Positions 52,614 through 61,986 of a stretch of 64,000 nucleotides of DNA are shown in pieces. Below the pieces are notes generated by a model, which saw only the letters and a list, made by a program, of their open reading frames with translations, was not told the origin of the DNA and did no database searches. Source of the DNA: Phycisphaerales bacterium (GTDB lineage Bacteria > Planctomycetota > Phycisphaerae > Phycisphaerales > SM1A02); assembly GCA_046350355.1 (NCBI GenBank), contig JAXMAN010000002.1:70042-134041 (forward strand), written 5' to 3'. Each line of letters begins with the position of its first letter. The first letter of the stretch is position 1. The translations under genes and the position numbers were made by a program.

Positions 52614-55004
52614 ATGCTCAGCTCGATCGCCGTCGCGTCTCTGCTGGCCGCCTCGCTCGCGATGCAGGCCCCGCCGCCGCCCGCCGCCCCGGCGCCCTCG
52701 GGTGCCGCCGCGACCCCCGCGCAACTCAACGTCTGGCCGCAGCAGATCCTGGCCAACGGCAAGCAGTACACGATCTTCCAGCCCGTCGTCACGGGCATCG
52801 ACGGCTCGCGCGCGTACCTCGTGACGCAGGTCGCGATGGACAGCGCCGACGGCAAGCGCGTGACCGCGAAGGCCCTCCTCCAGGCGGACATGTTCCCCGC
52901 GGACATCCCCGGCGAGGTCGAGATCAACGGCTTCCGCGTCCGCCAGCTCATGGTCGACAACAAGCCCGCGGCGCAGGCCGACTCGCAGGCGCTCGGGCAG
53001 GCGCTCTTCGTCGTCGCGATGACCATCGACCGCGCCTCGCTCGTGCAGAACATGCGGCTGATGAACGCGCGCGGCAGCTCGACGCCGGGCCTGCGCATGG
53101 ATCCGCCCGCGATCCTCGTGAAGTCCGCCCCCGCCGTGCTCGTGGAGATCGCCGGCGAGCCGGCCCTCATGCCGCTGGGCAACACCGGCTGGTCGTACGT
53201 GCGCAACTCGCCCTTCGTCCTGCTGCAGTCCAAGGACGGCCTCTGGTGGACGAGCGTCAACGGCGCGTGGATGACCTCCAAGTCGCTCACGGGCGATTTC
53301 GCGGCGGGCGACCAGCAGCCCAGCGCGGACGTCGTGAAGGCGATCGGCTCGCTGGGCATGGGCGCTCCCGACATCAGCGCGACGCCGCGCCGCATCGCGC
53401 GTCCCACGGCCGCGCGCGCGCCGGTCGCGGTCGTCGCCACCAAGCCGACGGTGCTCGTGAGCATCGACGGCGCGCCGAAGCTGGCGAAGGTCGGCGAGGG
53501 CGTCTGGGCCGTCTCCAACTCCAACGCGACGCTGCTCAGCGCCGACGAGGGCAAGAGCTTCTACCTGCTCGCCTCGGGCCGCTGGTTCACGACCACGAAT
53601 CTCACCGGCGGCGCGTGGAAGTACGTCGCGCCCATCGACGCGCCCCGCGCCTTCACGCACCTGCCGCGCACCAAGCGCTGGGACGCCGCGCGCGCCGCGC
53701 TGCCGGGCACGCCCGAGTCCAACGAGGCCGCGCTTGCGGTCCGCGAGATCCGCACCGTCACCGTCACCCGCGCCGGAGCCAACTGCGGCGTCGCCTGGTC
53801 GGGCACGCCGCAGTTCAAGGCGATCGCCGGCAGCGAGGCGCAGTACGCCGTGAACGCCACGCGTCCGGTCGTGCGCCTGGGCAAGTCCTTCTTCTGCTGC
53901 GACGACGGCGTCTGGTTCACCGCCGACGCCGCCGCGGGCCCGTGGACCGTCGCGGACAAGCTCCCGCCGGCCATCTTCACGATTCCCGCGAGCTGCCCGA
54001 TCTACCCCGCGACCTACGTGGAGATCTTCGGCGCGACCCCCGACAGCGTGACCTTCGGCTTCGGCGCGGGCTACTTCGGCTCGTACCTCAACGACGGAAC
54101 GCCCGTCTACGGCACCGGCTTCGACTACGGCACCACCGGCACGGGCGCCAATTTCTGGGCGTATCCGCAGACCTACGGCATGGATCCGCAGTACGACGCG
54201 CAGACCGGCACCTTCACGCCGCCGGACGATCCGACCGACGACTACGCCTACTTCGGCTCGCCCGACATCAACCCGCTGAACACCGCCAACGGCGCGTGGG
54301 GCGGCTGGGGCTGGTGCTCCGGCTGGAACACCGCGTGGGCCACGGGCTGGAACAACTGGTGGGGCTGGGATCACTGGGGCTGGTGGATGGCCCACTGGCA
54401 CCCGTACTTCGCGCGCTGGCTGCCCGCGCACCACGACTGGCAGAAGCAGACCGCCAAGGACGCGCAGTCGCGCGCCGCGCAGCGCGGCACGCCGATGGCG
54501 CAGCGCACCTGGCCCGCGCCCCGCGGCGAGATGGCCAAGGCCGGCAGCGTGACGATCCAGAACGCGGCCGCCCCGACCGGCGGCGGCGCCGCGCCGAAGG
54601 CCGATCCCGCGATGCAGGCGGCCGCAGAGAACCAGGCCGCGCTCGCGAAGCAGTTTCAGGGCACCGCGGGCGACACGCCCGTCGCCTTCCGCGGACCCAA
54701 CGACGAGTACGCGGGCTACTCGCGCGACGCGTACCGCCCGTGGACCGGCACCGGCACGCCGCTGGGCGGCAACTGGGGCTACGCGCCGCTCGCCGCCCCC
54801 AACGGCTTCCACCCGCCGCAGCAGTTCGCGACGCCGGGCGCCTACTGGGGCTCGGGCATCGCCGCGGGCAACAACGTCGGTCCCAACGCGGGCCCGTACT
54901 CGACCCCGCAGGGCCACGGCGGATGGGGCACCTACGACCACTGGGCCGGCGAAGGCCTGGCGAACACGCAGTTCACCGGCTACAGCAACGTCGGCAGTCC
55001 CTAA
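52614..55004 (+). CDS. Secreted hypothetical protein with Trp/Gly-rich C-terminal region
   Basis: Signal peptide MLSSIAVASLLAASLAMQAPPPPAAPA. The C-terminal segment is GWGWCSGWNTAWATGWNNWWGWDHWGWWMAHWHPYFARW. Confidence 0.7.
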   Translation: MLSSIAVASLLAASLAMQAPPPPAAPAPSGAAATPAQLNVWPQQILANGKQYTIFQPVVTGIDGSRAYLVTQVAMDSADGKRVTAKALLQADMFPADIPGEVEINGFRVRQLMVDNKPAAQADSQALGQALFVVAMTIDRASLVQNMRLMNARGSSTPGLRMDPPAILVKSAPAVLVEIAGEPALMPLGNTGWSYVRNSPFVLLQSKDGLWWTSVNGAWMTSKSLTGDFAAGDQQPSADVVKAIGSLGMGAPDISATPRRIARPTAARAPVAVVATKPTVLVSIDGAPKLAKVGEGVWAVSNSNATLLSADEGKSFYLLASGRWFTTTNLTGGAWKYVAPIDAPRAFTHLPRTKRWDAARAALPGTPESNEAALAVREIRTVTVTRAGANCGVAWSGTPQFKAIAGSEAQYAVNATRPVVRLGKSFFCCDDGVWFTADAAAGPWTVADKLPPAIFTIPASCPIYPATYVEIFGATPDSVTFGFGAGYFGSYLNDGTPVYGTGFDYGTTGTGANFWAYPQTYGMDPQYDAQTGTFTPPDDPTDDYAYFGSPDINPLNTANGAWGGWGWCSGWNTAWATGWNNWWGWDHWGWWMAHWHPYFARWLPAHHDWQKQTAKDAQSRAAQRGTPMAQRTWPAPRGEMAKAGSVTIQNAAAPTGGGAAPKADPAMQAAAENQAALAKQFQGTAGDTPVAFRGPNDEYAGYSRDAYRPWTGTGTPLGGNWGYAPLAAPNGFHPPQQFATPGAYWGSGIAAGNNVGPNAGPYSTPQGHGGWGTYDHWAGEGLANTQFTGYSNVGSP

Positions 55005-55708
55005 GCCTCGCGACGCATCGTCGCGACCAACCGACCGGACATCGGCATGCGCCGCAGCCGCTGCACCCGCAGCCCTGCGGCGCGTGCTCGTTCATGCATC
55101 TCGGCGGGGGTGAAGCCCTTGTCGACGCTGAGGATCGCGTCGTGGCGCACCACCGGCGCGCTGGCGAGCGTCATCACGCGCACCGCCGCCTGGCTCAGCG
55201 GCTGGCGCCAGAGGTCGTTCCACAGCACCGTGCGCGCGGCGGCCCCCATCGCGGCAAGCGCGCGCTCGACGCCGGGGTCGTCGAAGTGGTGCAGCAGCAT
55301 CGCGGCGTGGGCGAGGTCGTAGCCATCGTTGGGGTCGAGCGCCTCCACCCCCGCCACGCGCAGCGCGATCGGCGCGTCGGGCGCCTCGCGCTGCAGCCGC
55401 GCGCGCGCGAGCTCGATCGTCGCGGAGCTCGGGTCGATCCCCACGATCGCGATCTCCAGCCCGCGCCGCTTCGCCCAGCGCCAGGCGGCCTCGGGCAGGT
55501 CGGCGATCCCGGTACCGACATCCAGCAGGTGCAGCGGGCGGTCGCGCGGCCACTCGCCCGCGGCGTGCAGCGACTCCAGCGCCTCCACCAGCGCGCGCGC
55601 GCCGCCGAGCCACCGGTTCACGCCGCGGATGAAGCGGAAGCTCTCCTCCAGCTCGGCGACGCCGATGGCCGGATCGTCCATGAGCTCGGGTGCGCTGGCG
55701 CGTGGCAT
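55001..55708 (-). CDS. Class I SAM-dependent methyltransferase
   Basis: A GGAGGAG SD lies upstream. MPRASAPELMDDP... Motif I is LLDVGTGIADL. The upstream 480 codons of the listed long ORF are not coding. Confidence 0.8.
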   Translation of the reverse strand: MPRASAPELMDDPAIGVAELEESFRFIRGVNRWLGGARALVEALESLHAAGEWPRDRPLHLLDVGTGIADLPEAAWRWAKRRGLEIAIVGIDPSSATIELARARLQREAPDAPIALRVAGVEALDPNDGYDLAHAAMLLHHFDDPGVERALAAMGAAARTVLWNDLWRQPLSQAAVRVMTLASAPVVRHDAILSVDKGFTPAEMHERARAAGLRVQRLRRMPMSGRLVATMRREA

Positions 55709-55731
55709 GGTCGTTCTCCTCCGGAGTCCGC

Positions 55732-57426
55732 TCAGAGCGCGCCGCGCACCTTGTCGGCGACCGCGAAGCCCTCGAGCAGGCACGTCTCCACCGCGGGCAG
55801 CAGCCAGTTGTCCTGGTTCGCGAACCAGATGCGCCCGTCGACGGGCCGTCGCAGCGCCGCGGGCAGCCCGCCCGAGAGCGCGCCCGGCCGCGCGTAGGGC
55901 ATCGCGTGCCCCCAGCGCGTCAGGCGCACCTGCAGGACATCGCTCGGCGCGAGCCCCACCAGCGAGAGCATGTGCGCGATCTGCGGCGCGCCCATCGCGG
56001 CGTAGTCGCGCCACTGCTCGGGCTGCACGATCGTGAAGCGCGCCGTGTGCCAGGGCAGCGGCCAGTAGAGCGTGAGCACCGCGCCCGGCCCCAGCGTGCG
56101 GTCGGCGAAGGTGCCGTTCACCGCGTCGGCGATGATCGGCCGCTGCGAGAAGGCGTAGTCGTCCATCGGGTACGACGCGTCGCCGCCCAGGAAGAGGTCG
56201 TAGAGCTCCGGCGGCACCGGGCGCGAGAGGATCACGTTCGCGACCACGTACGCGACGGTGGGCACCTGCTCCATCGCCTCGAACTTCTCCGGCTCGGCCT
56301 GCGCGAGCCAGGGCATCAGGTGCCGCGCGATGTGCTTGGCGTTCGCGAGCACGACGTGCCGCGCCAGGCTGCGGTGCACGCGGCCGTCGGCGTCGCGCCA
56401 GCGCACGAGCGCGCCCTGCGGATGGCGGTCGATCGTGGTGACCGTCGCGCCGGGACGCAGCAGCGGTCCGCCCGCGATGTTCCCCAGCAGCCCGCCCGAG
56501 CCGTGGCGCCGCTCCTCGCGCGCGAGCGCGCGCCAGAGCGCGTGCGCCAGCCCGGCGTTCCCGCCCGGCAGGATCCAGCGCCCGAACTCCTCGGCGGCGA
56601 CGAAGTTCCATCCCGCCGCGGCGCTCAGCTCGTGCATGCCCACGCCGAAGCTCGAATAGCAGTACGCCTGCAGCGCGTACGCCAGGCGCGCGGGCAGGGG
56701 GCCGCCGCACGCCTCCTCGAGCGCGGCCTGGAAGCTCTGCGCGTCCAGCGCGGCCAGCTCGCGGCTGGGCGCTCCTTCGAAGGGAATGTCGGGGTACGCG
56801 TCGTTGGCGTAGTACGCCACGCGCGCGCGGTACGCGGCGACCTGCGCGAGCTCCTCGCGCGTCGCGCGCGGGCCCGCGAGCTCCGCCGTCACCTGCGACT
56901 CCCACTCGAAGGTCAGCGGCGACTCGTCGACGCGCACCTGCGCGTCCACGCCCAGCTCGGTGTAGAGCTGCGCGAGGCGGCTTCCGCGGTCCGGGCTCAT
57001 GAAGTACGCGCTGCCCAGGCTCCACTGCAGCCCGCGCCAGCGCTCGCCCATCGCGTTGCCGCCGAAGCGCGGACGCAGGTCAAAGAGCGCGACGCGTCGG
57101 TCGCGCAGCGCGTGCGCAGTCGCCAGGCCGCTCAGCCCGCCGCCGACGACGGCGACGTCGAGCACCTCGTCCGCCACCGGACGACGGCCGTCGCAGTCCT
57201 CGCAGTTGTGGAAGGGGAGCGCGTTCTCGCGGAAGACATCGCCGTACCAGCGCGGCGAGAAGGGCAGTCCCCCGACGACCTCGCCCTCGCCCAGCGAGGG
57301 AAGCGTCGCGATCGGATCGCCGGCCGCCGGAGCCGCGCTCCCGGCCTGGGCGTGCGCGAGTCGCCGCGGAAGCGCGGCGGCTGCGAGCACGCCCAGACCC
57401 GCGAAGAGCGCGGTCCGGCGGTCCAC
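55732..57426 (-). CDS. FAD/NAD(P)-binding oxidoreductase (amine-oxidase-like) with TAT signal
   Basis: The twin-arginine signal is MDRRTALFAGLGVLAAAALPRRLAHA. The dinucleotide-binding motif is VAVVGGGLSGLATA. Confidence 0.8.
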   Translation of the reverse strand: MDRRTALFAGLGVLAAAALPRRLAHAQAGSAAPAAGDPIATLPSLGEGEVVGGLPFSPRWYGDVFRENALPFHNCEDCDGRRPVADEVLDVAVVGGGLSGLATAHALRDRRVALFDLRPRFGGNAMGERWRGLQWSLGSAYFMSPDRGSRLAQLYTELGVDAQVRVDESPLTFEWESQVTAELAGPRATREELAQVAAYRARVAYYANDAYPDIPFEGAPSRELAALDAQSFQAALEEACGGPLPARLAYALQAYCYSSFGVGMHELSAAAGWNFVAAEEFGRWILPGGNAGLAHALWRALAREERRHGSGGLLGNIAGGPLLRPGATVTTIDRHPQGALVRWRDADGRVHRSLARHVVLANAKHIARHLMPWLAQAEPEKFEAMEQVPTVAYVVANVILSRPVPPELYDLFLGGDASYPMDDYAFSQRPIIADAVNGTFADRTLGPGAVLTLYWPLPWHTARFTIVQPEQWRDYAAMGAPQIAHMLSLVGLAPSDVLQVRLTRWGHAMPYARPGALSGGLPAALRRPVDGRIWFANQDNWLLPAVETCLLEGFAVADKVRGAL

Positions 57427-57428
57427 GG

Positions 57429-60400
57429 CTACTTGTCCGCCGGCGCGATGCCCATGCCGTCGCGCTTGGGATAGGCCGGGCGCTGCGGCGCCACGGGCGG
57501 GTTCTTCTTCAGCTCCGCCAGCAGGAGCTCGACCGCCTTGTCCATCTGGGGATCGGTGCCGCCGTAGTGCGGTCCGCCCTTCATGACGCCGGGGTCGTCG
57601 AGCACCTCGTAGTCGGGATCGACGCCGTGGCCTTCGATGCCCCAGGTGCCGTCGGTCTCGTAGAAGGCGAAGACGGGCACGCGGACGCCGGCGCCATCGA
57701 TGAGGCCGGGGTTGCCGCTGATGCCCACGAGGCCGCCCCAGGTGCGCGTGCCCACGAGCGGGCCGAGCTTCGAGTGGCGGAAGAGCCAGGGGAACATGTC
57801 GCCGCCGCTGCCCGCGAGGCCGTTGATGAGCATCGCCTTGGGGCCGTTGTGCGCATCGGGCGGCCAGATCCAGTCATGCTGGTCGCGACGCGCCCAGTAG
57901 TTGGTGGTCGGGCGGTTGAGCAGCTCGATGAAGCGGTTGGGGATCTGCCCGCCGCCGTTCCAGCGGTCGTCGACGATGACCGCGGGACGGAAGCGCTGGC
58001 TCTGGAACTGCCGCACCAGGTCGCTCTGCCCATCGATGCCCGTGTTGGGCACGTAGATGTAGCCGACCTGGCCGCCGGACTTCTCGGCGACGTACTTGCG
58101 GTTGGCCTCGATCCAGTCGCGGTAGCGGAGGCTGTCCTCCTCGCCCATCGGGCGCACGACCACCTCGCGCACCTTGTCGTCCATCGTCGGGTTGGGGCCG
58201 ACGGTGAGCGTCACGATCTTGCCCGCCATGCCCTGGAAGGGCGCCCACGGATCCTTCGATCCGTCGACGGGCAGGCCGTTGACGGCCAGGAGGTACTCGC
58301 CCTCCTTGACCTCGACGCCCAGGTCGTCCAGCGGGTTGCGCGCGTCGGCGTCCCAGGGAGCGCCGCGGACGATGTGCCCGAAGCGGTAGACGGTCTTGCC
58401 GTCGGGGCCGGTGCCCGCCTCCCAGTCGACGCCGAGCATGCCGACGTTCATGCTGGGACCGCGCTCGGACTCGCGGCCGTTGTAGTACGCGTGGCCGACG
58501 TTGAGCTCGCTGATCATCTCGCTGATGATGTAGGAGATGTCCTCGCGGCTGTTGGCGTGGTCGACCATCGCCAGGTAGCGCTTGCCGACCGCGTCCCAGT
58601 CGACGCCGTGCATGTTGGGGTCGTAGAAGTAGTCGCGGAAGATGCGCCAGGCATCCTTCACGAGCTGGCGCCACTCGGTGCGCGGCTCGATCTCCACGAG
58701 CATCGGCGAGGTCACGATCGGCTTGCCCGAGGCGCCCGCGCTCGCGTCGAAGATCTGGTTGCCCACGAGGAGCTTCTTGCCGTCGGCGCTCATCTGGTAG
58801 CCGCCGCCGTCGCAGACCTTCTTCGCTTCCTTCTTCTTGTCGTTGATGTCGAAGACCTTGATCTGGCCATTCTGCGAGAAGATCAGGTGGCCACGGTCGT
58901 TCACCGAGGTGTTGCCCATGCGGCCGGAGCCGACGGGCAGCTCGAAGGCGCGCGCCTCGAAGCCTTCATAGTCGATGGTGAAGGGCTTCTTCTCCTCCTT
59001 CTTCTTCTCGTCCTTCTTCTCGTCGCCCTTCTTGTCGTCGGGCTTGGCGGCCTCGCTCTTGGCGCGGGTGCCGCTGAGCTCGTAGCGCGCGGTGTTGTCG
59101 CCGGCCTTCGCGGTGCCCGTGCCCTTGAGGCTGTCGCCGTCGATCGTCGCCTCGATCTCGTAGGTCGCGTCCTTGCCGGTGCCGGAGACCTTGAGCGTCT
59201 TGCCCTCGGCGTTCCAGGTGCCGGTCAGGTCGCCGGAGTAGCGCTCCGAGGTGAACTTCGCGGTCACCGCGCTGCCCTCGCCCATGGTCACGACCAGCGC
59301 GAAGGGGATCGTCTCCTTGTCGCTCTTGGCGGTGCAGTTCCACATGCCGGCGGGGCCGGTGGCCGCGGCGGGGGCGTCCTTCTTCTCGTCGTCGACGGCG
59401 ATCTCGACGTCGCTGTTGGGACGGCGGCGGCGGGGACGGTCGCCGTTGCCGGCGGGCGGGGCGCCACCGGCGTTGCCGCCGTCGCCCTCCTTCTTCTCGT
59501 CCTTCTTCTCGTCGCCCTTCTTCTCGTCCTTCTTGGCGTCCTTGCCCTTCTCCTCGTCGACCTCGGCGAGCCAGGGGTTCTTCACGTTCTTGCGCAGGGG
59601 CACCGCGTAGAGGCGCGCGGTGTCCTGGTAGACCCAGCTCGTGTCGAGCTCGCTGTACTCGGCGCGGTTGAAGCCGCGCTGGCTGGTGAAGTAGAGCCAG
59701 TCGCCGGCGCGGTCGAAGGCGGGATCGCCGTCGTTGAAGGTGCCGCTGGTGACCTCCTTCGCCTCGCCCTTGGCGACGTCGTAGATCCAGATGCTGCTGG
59801 TGCGGCGCTCCGGCAGCGACTTGCCGTACGCGATGTACGCGCTGTCGCCGCTCCAGCTCGTGCCGATGCCGCCGTCCCACGGCTCCTTGTCGACGACCTT
59901 GCGGTCGCCGCTCTCGACGTCGACCAGGTAGAGGGTCGCGGTCTTGTCCTGGTAGAGCAGCTTCTTCGAGTCGGGCGCCCAGTCGATGCCCGTCTTGAAG
60001 GGGCCGCCGTCCTTGGTGAGCTGGCGCTTCTCGCCCTTGCCGTCGGCGGGCATGAGCCAGAGCTCGTACTCGCCGGTGGAGTCGTCGAAATAGGCGATCC
60101 ACTTGCCGTCGGGGCTCCACGCGGGGCTGCGCTCGGCGACGCCGTTGGTGCGCGTCATGTTGCGCGGCGTGCCGTGCTCGGCCGGCGTGTTCCAGATGTC
60201 GCCGCGCGCGGCGACCGCGACGCGCTTGCCGCTGGGGCTGATCGAGGCGCCCTGGAGCTCGTCCGCCACGTCCTCGGTGCGCGGGCGCACGGTGGGGCGG
60301 TCGCCGGGGATGCGGACCTCGACCTCGCGGGTGGCGCCGCTGGCCAGGTCGAGCACCATGAGCTTCGTGCCCTTCTGGAAGACGATCTCGCCGTCGCCCA

Positions 60401-61190
60401 GGGAGGGCCACTTCACGTCCTCGTCCGTGAAGCGCGTGACCTGCGCGCGCTTGCCGGACTTGCTGTCGTAGCTCCAGATGTTGAGCTTGTGCGCGGCCTT
60501 GGGATCGTCGGTCTGGTCGCTCAGGTAGTAGACGGTCGTGCCGTTCCACATCGGAAGGGTGTCGATGCCCTCCCAGTCGGTGATGCGCTTGGCCTCGCCC
60601 GACTTGAGGTTGTAGAGCCAGATGTCGGTCTGCATGCCGCCCCGGTAGCGCTTCCAGGTGCGGTTGTCGATGCTGTGGGGCGTGTACGCCAGCCACTCGC
60701 CGTCGGGGCTGATCGCGCCGTTGGTGCCGTAGGGAACGGGCAGCGGCTGCGGGAGGCCGCCCGACTCCTTCACGCGGTAGAGGCGCGCCGCGCGGGCGAT
60801 GCCCTCCATGCCGCTGGCGGTGAAGAGCAGGTCCCCGTCCGGAGTCCACTCGTTGACGACTTCGCCGGAGGGGTGGTGCGTCACGCGCTTGGGCGCGCCG
60901 CCGCCGGCGGGAATCACATAGATGTCGCGGTTGCCGTCGTAGTTGCCCACGAAGGCGATGCGCGTCCCGTCCGGCGAGAAGCGGGGCATGACCTCGGCGC
61001 CCGCGGCGCTCGTCAGCGGGCGGGCGACGCCGCCGTTCTTGGAGACGACCCAGAGGTTGTTGGCGAAGACGAAGACGATCTCGTCCTTGCCGATGTCCGG
61101 GTAGCGGAGCATCGCCGCGTCCGGGATGGTGACAGGATCGGCCGCGACCGCGGCAGTCAGCACGACGGAGGAGAGGAGCGTGTGAATCAT
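57429..61190 (-). CDS. Tricorn protease homolog (S41 family with N-terminal PD40 beta-propellers)
   Basis: Signal peptide MIHTLLSSVVLTAAVA. PD40-like repeats are SPDGTRIAF, SPDGEWLAY and SPDGKWIAY. The C-terminal S41 domain carries GGQVGYIYVPNTGIDG and LINGLAGSGGDMF. 1253 aa, including Lys/Glu-rich low-complexity insertions. Confidence 0.9.
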   Translation of the reverse strand: MIHTLLSSVVLTAAVAADPVTIPDAAMLRYPDIGKDEIVFVFANNLWVVSKNGGVARPLTSAAGAEVMPRFSPDGTRIAFVGNYDGNRDIYVIPAGGGAPKRVTHHPSGEVVNEWTPDGDLLFTASGMEGIARAARLYRVKESGGLPQPLPVPYGTNGAISPDGEWLAYTPHSIDNRTWKRYRGGMQTDIWLYNLKSGEAKRITDWEGIDTLPMWNGTTVYYLSDQTDDPKAAHKLNIWSYDSKSGKRAQVTRFTDEDVKWPSLGDGEIVFQKGTKLMVLDLASGATREVEVRIPGDRPTVRPRTEDVADELQGASISPSGKRVAVAARGDIWNTPAEHGTPRNMTRTNGVAERSPAWSPDGKWIAYFDDSTGEYELWLMPADGKGEKRQLTKDGGPFKTGIDWAPDSKKLLYQDKTATLYLVDVESGDRKVVDKEPWDGGIGTSWSGDSAYIAYGKSLPERRTSSIWIYDVAKGEAKEVTSGTFNDGDPAFDRAGDWLYFTSQRGFNRAEYSELDTSWVYQDTARLYAVPLRKNVKNPWLAEVDEEKGKDAKKDEKKGDEKKDEKKEGDGGNAGGAPPAGNGDRPRRRRPNSDVEIAVDDEKKDAPAAATGPAGMWNCTAKSDKETIPFALVVTMGEGSAVTAKFTSERYSGDLTGTWNAEGKTLKVSGTGKDATYEIEATIDGDSLKGTGTAKAGDNTARYELSGTRAKSEAAKPDDKKGDEKKDEKKKEEKKPFTIDYEGFEARAFELPVGSGRMGNTSVNDRGHLIFSQNGQIKVFDINDKKKEAKKVCDGGGYQMSADGKKLLVGNQIFDASAGASGKPIVTSPMLVEIEPRTEWRQLVKDAWRIFRDYFYDPNMHGVDWDAVGKRYLAMVDHANSREDISYIISEMISELNVGHAYYNGRESERGPSMNVGMLGVDWEAGTGPDGKTVYRFGHIVRGAPWDADARNPLDDLGVEVKEGEYLLAVNGLPVDGSKDPWAPFQGMAGKIVTLTVGPNPTMDDKVREVVVRPMGEEDSLRYRDWIEANRKYVAEKSGGQVGYIYVPNTGIDGQSDLVRQFQSQRFRPAVIVDDRWNGGGQIPNRFIELLNRPTTNYWARRDQHDWIWPPDAHNGPKAMLINGLAGSGGDMFPWLFRHSKLGPLVGTRTWGGLVGISGNPGLIDGAGVRVPVFAFYETDGTWGIEGHGVDPDYEVLDDPGVMKGGPHYGGTDPQMDKAVELLLAELKKNPPVAPQRPAYPKRDGMGIAPADK

Positions 61191-61263
61191 GTGAGGTAGG
61201 GGTTGTACCCTCTCACACGCACGGGGCCGCAGCAACCTTGCAGCCCCAAGGGCCGTTTTCAGG

Positions 61264-61986
61264 TTATTTGGAGGGCGTCCCGGCGGGTCCCGGCGGCGAG
61301 GATCCGCCCTCCCCCGAGGGGTCGACCACGCCCTGCTGCGCGAGCAGCTCGCGCAGGCGGATGAGGCCACGGCGCGCGTGCGTCTTGACCGTCCCGAGCG
61401 GAAGTCCCGTGCTGCGCGCGATTTCCTCGTGCGAGGTTCCCCGGAAGATCGCCAGTTGCAGCACACGCCGCTGCTCCGGCCGAAGCTGCTCGAAGGCCTC
61501 CTGCGCCAGTCGCGACGCCTCCGCCACCTCGGTGCTGCGACCGACCGGCGGCTCCTCCGCGGCGGGGGGCGACTCCGGCAGCGCCGCGTTGTCCAGCCGC
61601 CGCGAGCGACGGCGCCCGCGGTCGATGAGGCGCCGCCGCGCGATCATCGCGACGAAGGTCGACTCGCTCGCGACCGAGGGATCGAAGCGCGCCGCGCTCT
61701 TCCACAGGTCGATGAAGATCTCCTGCACCGCGTCGTCGGCGTCCGAGGGGGTGGGACTCAGCCGCCGCGCGAGCGCCCAGACCAGGCCGCCGTAGCGGTC
61801 CATGCACTCGCGCATGGCCGAGGGGCCGCCCGATGCCAGCCGCAGGAGGATGTTCGAGTCGTCTGGCAGGGGAGTCTCCGTCGTTCGCGCGGCCGGGCCT
61901 CGGCCGCGCGCCTCAGCCGGTGGCCTGCATCGCGTCGCGCTCGGCGCGCCGGCGCTTGAGCTCCGCGTCGATGAACCCGCCGACAT
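61264..61986 (-). CDS. ECF RNA polymerase sigma-70 factor
   Basis: Region 2 is DDAVQEIFIDLWKSAARFD. Region 4 is SHEEIARSTGLPLGTVKTHARRG. ATG is at 61986. The N-terminal 25 codons overlap the prfB 3' end by 74 nt, so the exact start is uncertain. Confidence 0.75.
   Translation of the reverse strand: MSAGSSTRSSSAGAPSATRCRPPAEARGRGPAARTTETPLPDDSNILLRLASGGPSAMRECMDRYGGLVWALARRLSPTPSDADDAVQEIFIDLWKSAARFDPSVASESTFVAMIARRRLIDRGRRRSRRLDNAALPESPPAAEEPPVGRSTEVAEASRLAQEAFEQLRPEQRRVLQLAIFRGTSHEEIARSTGLPLGTVKTHARRGLIRLRELLAQQGVVDPSGEGGSSPPGPAGTPSK

Noticed and set aside
50567-55897. 1776-aa plus-strand ORF and the 1297-aa minus-strand ORF 51048..54941
   Set aside because: The long plus-strand ORF is antisense to the S8 protease, an alternate frame of the 52614 W-rich secreted protein and antisense to the 55001 methyltransferase; the minus-strand ORF 51048..54941 is an alternate frame of the S8 protease and antisense to the 52614 protein. 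Both have extreme Arg/Gly/Ala content.
55709-57025. N-terminal 440 codons of the 674-aa ORF 55001..57025
   Set aside because: Only the last 235 codons form a methyltransferase with an SD-led ATG. The upstream part overlaps the oxidoreductase gene in another frame.
57567-61199. 1210-aa plus-strand ORF
   Set aside because: Antisense of the tricorn protease gene.
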